Part shown: in pieces, positions 18,046-26,400 of the stretch
How positions within the stretch are numbered: the stretch's first letter is position 1
Layout: each line of letters opens with the position of its first letter
Origin: Promethearchaeota archaeon
GTDB lineage: Archaea > Asgardarchaeota > Lokiarchaeia > Sigyniarchaeales > SOKP01
DNA: 32,000 nucleotides
Reading direction: 5' to 3'
NCBI GenBank assembly: GCA_030606485.1
Contig: JAUWGH010000003.1
Span: 390,001 to 422,000, forward strand
Program-made: the position numbers and the translations under genes
Notes under the pieces: model-generated
Databases searched by the model: none
Seen by the model: only the letters and a program-made list of their open reading frames with translations
Told to the model about the DNA's origin: nothing

Positions 18046-18065
18046 TTTTGAATAATTATTCAAAA
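18046..18065. promoter_or_regulatory. Perfect 20-bp palindrome TTTTGAATAATTATTCAAAA (operator candidate, copy 2)
   Basis: Directly read. It lies just upstream of TTTATAAA (18069-18076), facing the DtxR gene. Confidence 0.65.
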
Positions 18066-18221
18066 GCTTTTTATAAAAATTTTTCCTTATTATATACTAG
18101 AAAATTAATAAAATAATAAAAAAGTGTTTAATACCTATTAAGACGGTTATGCTATTGTGCTAATTATTTAATTCTTATGTATGCATAAAGTTTGAAAAGG
18201 GTATAAGGTTGAAGAATAAGT

Positions 18222-18605
18222 ATGGATAAAATAACTGAAAGTTTTGAAAATTATTTAAAAGCTATTTATTTAATTTCGAAAAAAAATAGGGGTGGCTGGG
18301 TTTCCAATTCGGAAATATCCGATTTTTTAGGGGTTAAACCACCATCAGTAACCAGTATACTGCATAAATTAAAACAGAAAGATTTTGTTAATTGGAAGCC
18401 TAGAAAATCGTTAAGATTAACCTCAAAAGGAAAAATAGTTGCTCAAAATATTATTGATAAATATAATCATTTAAAACATTTTTTTAAGGATGTTTTGAAA
18501 TTAAAGGATGCATTATTATTAGAAAATTTGTGCTGTGGGATTGAGCATCACATTACTCCAGAGGTTTCTAAAGCGTTAGAGAATCTTTATATTGATCAAA
18601 TATAA
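18222..18605 (+). CDS. DtxR/MntR-family metal-dependent transcriptional regulator (no C-terminal FeoA/SH3 domain)
   Basis: ENYLKAIY, EISDFLGVKPPSVTSILHKL (wHTH), LTSKG, C-x2-EH dimerisation/metal motif. Confidence 0.9.
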   Translation: MDKITESFENYLKAIYLISKKNRGGWVSNSEISDFLGVKPPSVTSILHKLKQKDFVNWKPRKSLRLTSKGKIVAQNIIDKYNHLKHFFKDVLKLKDALLLENLCCGIEHHITPEVSKALENLYIDQI

Positions 18606-18782
18606 TTTATTATTTTTTAACTATTTTTAAGAGCTTAAAAAACGTCAAAAAATTCTGTATCTTTTATCAATCGATATGCATTAAAAAAGATCCTTAATTT
18701 TTTCTTTTTTTAATGAAAAATCACTTTGTATTAAAACTCTAATAATAAAAATAAAATAATTGAGGTTTTTTATTTAATCATT

Positions 18783-19796
18783 ATGGCAAAAGTAATCTAT
18801 ATTTCAGAACAGAGCATTGGAGAAGCATGGCTTTCCGTCTTAACTGAAGTTTTATGTGAGGGGGATGATATCAAGACTGAATATGATAAACCAGACACAC
18901 CACCTTCTAAAGATGCAACAGTATTAATTGAAGTAAAAAAACCATTAAGTAAACCGATAAAAAGAAAAGATAAAATAATTAAAATCAAGTCAAAATTTGG
19001 AAATTCTTATGAAGTATATGGTGTCATGGCTGATACTTTTCTCATAGGCTCTGTACAAAGTGGATATATTGAAGAAATAATGGAAGGTGTTCATGATCAT
19101 TACCTATGGAACTCATCTAAAAGCTTTCCATATTCATATCATGACCGAATTTATAATTATGCTGCGTTTTCTTTAGAAGATTCTGAAAAGAAGGATTATA
19201 TCGTTAATTTGATTGATAAAAACAAGGTAAAAACTCATGAAAAACTAAAATTCGCTAAAAAAGTAATCACATCTGGAGAAACTGAAATCTGGAAGTTGCC
19301 AAATGGGCTTGAATTAGATCTTGGTAAAGAGATAAGCGAACAGATAGGAATAAATAACATTATTCTAAGTGTATTGGATTTACCAAGGATTAATCAGATA
19401 GATTATATAATAAATAAATTAAAAGATAAACCTTATACCCGGAGAGCGCAAGCAACAACCTGGAGACCCTATATTGATCCTTATTCCGAAGATCCGCCTT
19501 GTCTTCAGAGATTATTTTTTCGCGTAAAGGATGATGAGTTAATATTGCAGACTTGTTGGAGAAGTCGAGATTTATTTAGAGCATGGGAAGCAAACGTGAA
19601 TGGGATGGTTAGAATTCAAAAATATATTGCTGATGAATTAAATGTTGGAATGGGGCATTATTTAGATTTTAGTAATTCATTGCATATCTACGGAGATACA
19701 GTAAAAGACCTGATAGATATATTTAAAATAATGGAAAATCGTAATGAATTACAGCCAAAGATTATCAAAAAGCTTAAAGAGTTTAACTATTTGTAG
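18783..19796 (+). CDS. thyA: Archaeal-type thymidylate synthase with a large internal insertion
   Basis: YSYHDR, NQIDYII, TRRAQATTW, DPPC (catalytic Cys240), RSRD....AN (Asn at the dUMP-specificity position), SLHIY. Confidence 0.8.
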   Translation: MAKVIYISEQSIGEAWLSVLTEVLCEGDDIKTEYDKPDTPPSKDATVLIEVKKPLSKPIKRKDKIIKIKSKFGNSYEVYGVMADTFLIGSVQSGYIEEIMEGVHDHYLWNSSKSFPYSYHDRIYNYAAFSLEDSEKKDYIVNLIDKNKVKTHEKLKFAKKVITSGETEIWKLPNGLELDLGKEISEQIGINNIILSVLDLPRINQIDYIINKLKDKPYTRRAQATTWRPYIDPYSEDPPCLQRLFFRVKDDELILQTCWRSRDLFRAWEANVNGMVRIQKYIADELNVGMGHYLDFSNSLHIYGDTVKDLIDIFKIMENRNELQPKIIKKLKEFNYL

Positions 19797-19826
19797 GAAA
19801 AAAAAACTGCTTTTTTCCTCACAATT

Positions 19827-21443
19827 TTATTTTTTTTTATAGACTGTCTTTCCTCGAATAATAGTTTCCATTACTTTGATTTCTTTTATTTGGTCTTTCG
19901 AAACTTCAAGAGGGTTTTTATCTAAAATCACAAAGTCAGCTAATTTTCCCGGTTCGATAGTTCCTTTTATATTTTCCTCAAAAGCCGCGTATGCACCATT
20001 AATCGTATAGGCTTTAAGTGCTTCTCTCATAGATAAACATTCTTCGGGGATAAAACCATTTCGAGTTACTATCGCATGAAGTCCTAGAATAACATCTGGA
20101 TCCTCAACGGGACAATCAGACCCGGCACAAAAAACAACACCAGAATTAACTACAGATCTCAATGGATAAGTATATTTACAACGCTCTTTACCTAATCTTT
20201 TCTCCAACCAAGTATATTCAGAGTTTATGAAAGGAGGTTGACTAGAACAAATTAAATTCAATTCTTTCATATCTTTTATGACATCAGAAGTTAACATTGA
20301 AGCATGTTCAATTCTATGTCGATGATCTTTCCGTGGAAATTCTTTTAGAAGTCTTTTATATAAATCTACAACAATTTTATTTCCCTTATCACCAATTGCA
20401 TGTATTGCAATTTGGAAACCGAGGTTATGAGCAATTTTCATTCGATTGTAAAGCTCTTCTTCGTCAATAACTAAAAAACCAATCTTATCAGGTTGATCTG
20501 AAAATGGTTCGAACATACAGGCTGTAGCAGCACCAAAGGTACCATCTGCAAATAGTTTAAGGCAATTTATTTTGAATTTTCCATCTTCCTTTCCTTCATC
20601 TAGCGGTGGCTTTTTAATTCTTTTTATTTTTTTAGGGTTAATAGCGGAAATCATAAGGTACCAATTCTGTAGAACTTTATCAATAATAGTTTTTAGAATT
20701 GGTATTTCTACACCTCCTAAATTGCCTAATTCACCACCTTTTTCCATTTGAACAATTCCATGGACGCTAGTAATACCTTTACTTGCTAAAACTTTAAAAA
20801 CTTTCGAAGATGTAGCCTTAATTTCATCAGGATTAGGAAAAGATATTTTAGAGAATATTAAAGGTAAAGTCGTCTCAGATAAAACGCCTGTAAGATCTCC
20901 ATTTTCATTTTTACGAATTTCACCACCTTCGGGAGGGACAGTATCAATGTTAATATTTGCAAATTCTAATGCCATACTATTAGCTATTCCTATATGCCCA
21001 TCATATCTCAATAGAAAAACAGGGTTATCAGGAGAAACCAGATCCAAATCCCATCGAGTTGGTAATTTGGGAATATCAAAATTTTCTTCTTTCAAACTCA
21101 ATCCAAATATCCATTCCCTTGGTTTTTTATTTTCAACTGCTTCTTTTAATAGATCTTGAAGTTCTTTTAAATTTCGGATTTTAGATAGATCAAGATTTAA
21201 GAAGTAAAATAAAAACAAAATTGGATGAATATGTGAATCAATAAATCCTGGAAGTAATGTTTTTCCATTTAAATTAATCAATTCATAATTTTCTCCTACA
21301 TTTTTCTTAACTTCTTCAAGGTCTCCGACTGTGGTGATTTTCTCGTAATTGATTCCAACCGCTTCTGCAATTGGTTGGAAGTCATTCATAGTAATAATAT
21401 TATTTCCGAAAAAGATCTTTTTATTCAAATTCTGATTTACCAT
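19827..21443 (-). CDS. YtcJ-like amidohydrolase (amidohydrolase 3 family)
   Basis: LPGFIDSHIH, DGHIGIANS, KLFADGTFGAATA, HAIGD, RIEHAS, GSDCPV, GTIEPGKLADF. Confidence 0.92.
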   Translation of the reverse strand: MVNQNLNKKIFFGNNIITMNDFQPIAEAVGINYEKITTVGDLEEVKKNVGENYELINLNGKTLLPGFIDSHIHPILFLFYFLNLDLSKIRNLKELQDLLKEAVENKKPREWIFGLSLKEENFDIPKLPTRWDLDLVSPDNPVFLLRYDGHIGIANSMALEFANINIDTVPPEGGEIRKNENGDLTGVLSETTLPLIFSKISFPNPDEIKATSSKVFKVLASKGITSVHGIVQMEKGGELGNLGGVEIPILKTIIDKVLQNWYLMISAINPKKIKRIKKPPLDEGKEDGKFKINCLKLFADGTFGAATACMFEPFSDQPDKIGFLVIDEEELYNRMKIAHNLGFQIAIHAIGDKGNKIVVDLYKRLLKEFPRKDHRHRIEHASMLTSDVIKDMKELNLICSSQPPFINSEYTWLEKRLGKERCKYTYPLRSVVNSGVVFCAGSDCPVEDPDVILGLHAIVTRNGFIPEECLSMREALKAYTINGAYAAFEENIKGTIEPGKLADFVILDKNPLEVSKDQIKEIKVMETIIRGKTVYKKK

Positions 21444-21676
21444 AATAAATTTTATAACTTTTTCCTTTTAAAAATGAATATGAATACTTATTATGAAATA
21501 TTATTTGTATTTTTGTAATTTATAACATATATTTAGAAAGTAGGATATCAAAAAGATCAAAATAATGCAGAATTACAATAAATAAAGCCAGATTCTTAAA
21601 TACTTCACACTCTTAATAATATTATTAGTATTTAAACTTTTATAAATAACGCTGCTGAAAATAGTAATCATAATTT

Positions 21677-21690
21677 TGATTAATTATTCA
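21677..21690. promoter_or_regulatory. Near-perfect copy of the palindrome (TGATTAATTATTCA; operator candidate, copy 3)
   Basis: One mismatch to TGAATAATTATTCA, same TTT left flank as copy 2, and 9 nt before the FAD-oxidoreductase GTG start. Confidence 0.55.
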
Positions 21691-21698
21691 TAATTAAG

Positions 21699-23195
21699 GT
21701 GAAAAAATTAATGGTTGAAATAGAAAAAACTGTTGGCGAAGAGGGTAAAGAACTAGTGATTCACAAAAAGATACCAAATCATGGGGCTGTATTAAAAGAA
21801 TTGATTGATATAGTTGGTGAAGATTATGTAATGGATGGGTCTGCAAGTCTATTTGTCTATTCGGGGGATATGACCGAAAATGTCGCTCATATGCCTGAGT
21901 TTGTAGTGGCACCCATAACCGCTGATGAAGTTCAAAAGATCATTTTACTGGCTAACAGAGAAAAAATACCTGTAGTTCCATTCGTATCAGGTAGCAACTT
22001 AGGAGGTCTTGCAATTCCGCTTGAGGGAGGTATTATTGTTGATCTGAAGAGAATGAATAAAATATTAGAGGTAAATGAGCGGGATCTGTATGCAATTATA
22101 GAAGCAGGTGTTACTTTCGCAGATATAAAAGATTATCTTGATAAGAATCATCCAAATTTAGTTTATACTTATACTTATGCTACACCAGCTGCAGGAGTTG
22201 TTCCTAACGCACTTTTGGAAGGACTTGTTACATTATCTGCAAAATATGGAGCAACTGTTGCATTTATTAATGGTCTTGAGGCAGTACTTCCAACGGGTGA
22301 AATTGTAAAGGTAGGATCTTGTGCCACAAGCAAATATTGGTTTAGTCGCAATCCTCTGCCTGATCTAGTCGGACTTTTTACTTCTTGGCAAGGTATGACT
22401 GGCATTGTTACAAAGCTTGCGATTCAACTCGATCCTAAACCAGCTTACACAGGCATTAAAATGATAATGTCAGATGAGGTACACGAATCTTTTCAATTAA
22501 TGGAAGAATTGGGTAGAGCACAAATTTTAGATAATCTCATCATGTTTAATTGGGGATTGGTTTTGGCGGTAATTCAAATGCCTAGAGAAGTTGCTGGAAG
22601 TGAGAAAGATGAGGCTTCACCAACTATATATTTGGAAATGGATTACTCAGCAATAAATACAATAAAAGAACTTGAAGCAAAAGAAGAAATAATAGAGACA
22701 CTTGCTAAGAAATATGAATGTGGTCTCTGGGATTATAAAGATGTAGGAGATGGGATAACTAAGGTTCTTGATGTCCCGATGACTTTTGCAGGATTATTTA
22801 CTCACGGACCTGGTGGTTTAACTTGGATTGGTGCTTATGGTCCTTGCAGTCAGTATGAAACTGCCTATAATGTTGCAAATGAAGTATTCTCTAGACATCC
22901 AAGATTTACTCCATGGCTTTATGCAAAAACCTTTAAACACGGACACTTTGGAGCGATGAGAACCCTCATTGGCTTTGATAGATCAAATGCAGAAGAAGTG
23001 AGAGAGACCAGAGAACTTATGAGAGAAATGGCAAAAGGGTTAATGGATATTGGATATATACCTTATAAAACACCAGTAGAGATTTCTGAAATGGTACTAA
23101 AGAGGAGTGACCCGAATTTCGCATTATTCATGAAAAAAATCAAGAATGCATTAGACCCTAATCGAATAATGAATCCAGGAAGGTGGGGATTATAA
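21699..23195 (+). CDS. FAD-linked oxidoreductase (VAO/PCMH/GlcD superfamily)
   Basis: PCMH-type FAD-binding domain: VVAP..ADEVQ, GSNLGG, GGIIVDLKRMNKI, EAGVT, GLEAVLPTG, GIVTK. C-terminal ALDPNRIMNPG. GTG start after AAGGT. Confidence 0.9.
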   Translation: MKKLMVEIEKTVGEEGKELVIHKKIPNHGAVLKELIDIVGEDYVMDGSASLFVYSGDMTENVAHMPEFVVAPITADEVQKIILLANREKIPVVPFVSGSNLGGLAIPLEGGIIVDLKRMNKILEVNERDLYAIIEAGVTFADIKDYLDKNHPNLVYTYTYATPAAGVVPNALLEGLVTLSAKYGATVAFINGLEAVLPTGEIVKVGSCATSKYWFSRNPLPDLVGLFTSWQGMTGIVTKLAIQLDPKPAYTGIKMIMSDEVHESFQLMEELGRAQILDNLIMFNWGLVLAVIQMPREVAGSEKDEASPTIYLEMDYSAINTIKELEAKEEIIETLAKKYECGLWDYKDVGDGITKVLDVPMTFAGLFTHGPGGLTWIGAYGPCSQYETAYNVANEVFSRHPRFTPWLYAKTFKHGHFGAMRTLIGFDRSNAEEVRETRELMREMAKGLMDIGYIPYKTPVEISEMVLKRSDPNFALFMKKIKNALDPNRIMNPGRWGL

Positions 23196-24376
23196 CTGAA
23201 ATAGAAAATTGGACACATATGTGTACCAGATGTGGAACTTGCCATAATGTATACAAACTTAAATTATGGGAAAAAAGCATTCCTGATTGGTTAACAATTT
23301 GTCCTGCAGGTGAAAAATATGGGTTTGAACCTTACTTTCCTAGTGGTAAAATGTGGATTGCCAGAGGAATAACTGAAGGAAAGTTGGAATTGGATGATCC
23401 TGAACTTTTAAAGATAATCTATAGTTGTACTTTATGTGGAAACTGCGAAACGCAATGTCAAACAGATATACTTAAGGATCATATAACAGAGATAATTGAA
23501 ACATTAAGAGAGAGGATTGTAGAAGCTGGATTAGGACCTATGCCGAAACAAAAGGAATTTGGAGAATGGACTAAAAAAGAACACAACCCTTATTTGGAAC
23601 CTCACGAAGATAGACTGAATTGGCTCCCATTCGATAAATCCGAATTACCTGAGCAAGCAGATATAATATATTTTGTAGGTTGTACGTCTTCTTATAGACA
23701 GAAGAACATAGCATCAGCCACCGCAAATATTTTAAAAAAATTGGGTGTCAACTTTACAATTTCAAAGGATGAATGGTGTTGTGGCTCCCCACTACAGAGA
23801 ACTGGACAAGTCAAAATTGCAAAGGAGTGCGCAGAGCACAATATTGAGATACTGAAAAAAACCGGTGCCAAACGAGTTGTAACATCATGCGCTGGATGTT
23901 ATAGAATGTTGGTCAAAGATTACAAAGAGAGATACGAGTTGGATTACGATTTTGAAATTATTCATTTCCCTGATTTCCTTTTGGATTTATTAAATAAAGG
24001 AGAATTAAAACTCGAAAAGAGTATCAACAGAACGATAACATACCATGACCCATGCCACATCGGACGACATATGGGAATATATGATTCGCCCCGAGAGATG
24101 TTAGAGAAAATTCCTGGTATTAAGCTGGTTGAAATGGAGCGAATCAAGGAAAACGCTTGGTGCTGTGGATCTGGAGGAGGAGTAAAATCAGGTTTCAGTG
24201 ATTTGGCGATGTTTGCTGCGAAGGAAAGATGTGATGAGGCTATGAAAACAGGTGCTCAAGCTTTAGTATCTACTTGCCCTTTCTGCTGGCGGAATTTAAA
24301 TGACGCAATTGAGGTGAATAACCTTAACCTAAAAATGTACGACCTTGTTGAACTCATTTGGGAAATAATTAAATAA
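23183..24376 (+). CDS. (Fe-S)-binding protein, GlcF/HdrD-like, with two [4Fe-4S] and two CCG domains
   Basis: CTRCGTC...CP, CTLCGNCETQC, YFVGC, WCCG, SCAGC, YHDPC, WCCG, TCPFC. Overlaps the FAD gene by 13 nt (translational coupling). Confidence 0.92.
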   Translation: MGIITEIENWTHMCTRCGTCHNVYKLKLWEKSIPDWLTICPAGEKYGFEPYFPSGKMWIARGITEGKLELDDPELLKIIYSCTLCGNCETQCQTDILKDHITEIIETLRERIVEAGLGPMPKQKEFGEWTKKEHNPYLEPHEDRLNWLPFDKSELPEQADIIYFVGCTSSYRQKNIASATANILKKLGVNFTISKDEWCCGSPLQRTGQVKIAKECAEHNIEILKKTGAKRVVTSCAGCYRMLVKDYKERYELDYDFEIIHFPDFLLDLLNKGELKLEKSINRTITYHDPCHIGRHMGIYDSPREMLEKIPGIKLVEMERIKENAWCCGSGGGVKSGFSDLAMFAAKERCDEAMKTGAQALVSTCPFCWRNLNDAIEVNNLNLKMYDLVELIWEIIK

Positions 24377-24488
24377 AAAGAGTGGATTAAAAAATAAAAA
24401 GGAAATGAGTCATTAAATAAATAATAATAAAAAAATCAATAAATAGTAGTATAAAAAAAATAAATAAATACATAAAAAGGGAAGATAA

Positions 24489-25373
24489 ATGTGTAGAATC
24501 TGTGTACAATATGGAGATGGGAAAAAGTGGTATTTAAACCCAAAGAACTACAGTGATGAAGTAATCTACGGTGAAATGACAAAACTAAAAGTGGATGATA
24601 CAATGGTGGGTCAACTTCTTGACCTAAAGGGCACAATACAGGAAATTTTTAGCACTGCGAAACGCTTCAAATATGACATAGGTTTTGGCGAAAAGGTAGA
24701 TCTTATTTTTCAAGATTTGGATGATGATATAGCGCAAACAATGCGGGAAGGCCTTCCAGATCTCATGGATCAAGCAGTCGGCGGGCAGGTGGTTCCACTC
24801 GAGGATGTCGAGAAAATAATTGATCTAAATGAAGGAGACATTTATATGCATCCATGCATATGCCGGAAATATTACGGTGGAATAGAAAAAGCGTGCTGTA
24901 TGTCACTAAGACCATTGGCTAAAGACTTACAGAAAAATGTTGGATCCTGGGATACTCCAAACAAAATGGTTTCTAAGGAAGAGGCAAAAGAGAAGTTAAG
25001 GGAATTTGACAAGGAAGGCTTGGTTCATGGAATCTTTTGGGCTCCGATCCCAGTTCCTGCTGAAATTTGTAATTGCGAATATCCGTACTGCATAGCACTT
25101 AGAGGAAGGCTCCACTATAATGTAGTGGATGCATATAGAAAAGGAGAATATGTTTCTCTCGTGGATCCCGATAAATGTAATGGGTGTGGTGGCACACCTC
25201 GTTGTCAATCTAAATGCACATTCGGTGCCTTGAAATACTCACCGACTAATGGCAAAGTAAGTGTAAATCAGATGCAGTGCTGGGGTTGCGGTGTATGTAG
25301 AACGGCATGTCCAAACAATGCTATAACACTTGTACCTCGTGAAGAATTTCCCCAATTAAAAAATGTATGGTGA
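24489..25373 (+). CDS. Cys-rich 4Fe-4S dicluster (ferredoxin-domain) protein
   Basis: N-terminal MCRIC, central CICRK..ACC and ICNCEYPYC, C-terminal CNGCGGTPRCQSKC and CWGCGVCRTACP. Confidence 0.85.
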   Translation: MCRICVQYGDGKKWYLNPKNYSDEVIYGEMTKLKVDDTMVGQLLDLKGTIQEIFSTAKRFKYDIGFGEKVDLIFQDLDDDIAQTMREGLPDLMDQAVGGQVVPLEDVEKIIDLNEGDIYMHPCICRKYYGGIEKACCMSLRPLAKDLQKNVGSWDTPNKMVSKEEAKEKLREFDKEGLVHGIFWAPIPVPAEICNCEYPYCIALRGRLHYNVVDAYRKGEYVSLVDPDKCNGCGGTPRCQSKCTFGALKYSPTNGKVSVNQMQCWGCGVCRTACPNNAITLVPREEFPQLKNVW

Positions 25374-25382
25374 TATTAAAAA

Positions 25383-25637
25383 ATGGTAACAATAAGACCT
25401 GTAATAAACTACGACAAGGAGAAATGCGGAGATCCGAGTGCTTGTCTGAAGTGTATAAGGATCTGCCCCTATTGTGTACTAGCTTATATACCATTAGAGA
25501 CTCCGGAACCAGGTAAGCCACCTGAAGACTGGGTCGTTGTTTCAACATGCCGCGTTATGTGTACTTATCCTACATGCAAATTATGTGTTGAGGTCTGTCC
25601 AAATGACGCTCTTAATATCACTATTCCCAGCTGGTAA
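25383..25637 (+). CDS. Small ferredoxin-like protein
   Basis: 84 aa with CGDPSACLKCIRICP and CTYPTCKLCVEVCP. Confidence 0.8.
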   Translation: MVTIRPVINYDKEKCGDPSACLKCIRICPYCVLAYIPLETPEPGKPPEDWVVVSTCRVMCTYPTCKLCVEVCPNDALNITIPSW

Positions 25638-25666
25638 GTTTTTATGAATTTATTATCAAAATATTC

Positions 25667-25674
25667 TTTTTTTT
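25667..25674 (+). terminator. T8 terminator candidate
   Basis: T8 tract about 30 nt after the small ferredoxin stop. Confidence 0.35.
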
Positions 25675-25708
25675 ATTTAAAAGTCATTAAAATAATAAGC
25701 GAATTTTC

Positions 25709-26377
25709 TTGATCAGTTTAATAAGCATGAAAGGCCTTTGTGCTGCTACAGCAGCCTATTTTTCTTCACAAGGCTATTTTACAAGACGGAACTTTGAGAC
25801 ACAAGGATTAAAATCTGTGGATATGGTTTGTATCATGCCTAGACTTTCTGACCTGAAGAAGAGGATTAAAAGTAAATATTTTGTTCCTTCAGGTGTTCTA
25901 TATACCCTAATAGGTCAGGGGTGGAAGACCAGCGAGGAGATAGCAGTGGAAATAGGTTCGGATACTCTATTTGTTAGCTCCATATTGGATGAGATATATA
26001 AGGATGGATGGGTGGAAAAGAAAAATGAGACAGACAAAGTTCACTGGACACTTAAAGATTACAGGATTCCTTCTAAAGATTGTGTAATGGCGCATTGTAG
26101 GTATAAAAAATTCATGGAGTTCTATGAAAAGCTCAGCGACTTTGATGGATGTTATAATAAGATGTATTTTATTTTTCCTTACCCAATAGACGAGGAGTTT
26201 ATGGATTTATGCCATGAAAAAGGAATAGGAATTCTGATTTTCTATGAAAGAGTAGGATTGTTTAAAGAACTACTTCCGCCAGAGTTAAAAACGGTCACTA
26301 ACTTAAAAGTATATGCAAACCTCTGCGAGGTTATCATCAAGGAGAATCTTCTATACAGATCAATAGATAGCATTTAA
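25709..26377 (+). CDS. Hypothetical protein: PD-(D/E)xK-like fold with an inserted winged helix and degenerate catalytic residues
   Basis: SVDMV, then a wHTH-like segment (WKTSEEIAVEIG..VSSILDEIYKDGWV), then MAHCR...KMYFIFP...CHEKGIGIL. TTG start; ATG at 25727 is possible. Confidence 0.6.
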   Translation: MISLISMKGLCAATAAYFSSQGYFTRRNFETQGLKSVDMVCIMPRLSDLKKRIKSKYFVPSGVLYTLIGQGWKTSEEIAVEIGSDTLFVSSILDEIYKDGWVEKKNETDKVHWTLKDYRIPSKDCVMAHCRYKKFMEFYEKLSDFDGCYNKMYFIFPYPIDEEFMDLCHEKGIGILIFYERVGLFKELLPPELKTVTNLKVYANLCEVIIKENLLYRSIDSI

Positions 26378-26400
26378 GGAGATGTAAAGAGGGTATCATC

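Noticed and set aside
19161-19388. ThyA insertion as an intein or intron
   Set aside because: No terminal His-Asn followed by Cys/Ser/Thr, no recognisable splicing blocks, and the frame is uninterrupted.
24377-24488. A-rich spacer with ATAA/AATA repeats as a tandem repeat or CRISPR remnant
   Set aside because: Low-complexity sequence with no constant-length repeat-spacer structure; similar tracts occur in other spacers (27300-27390, 31500-31620).
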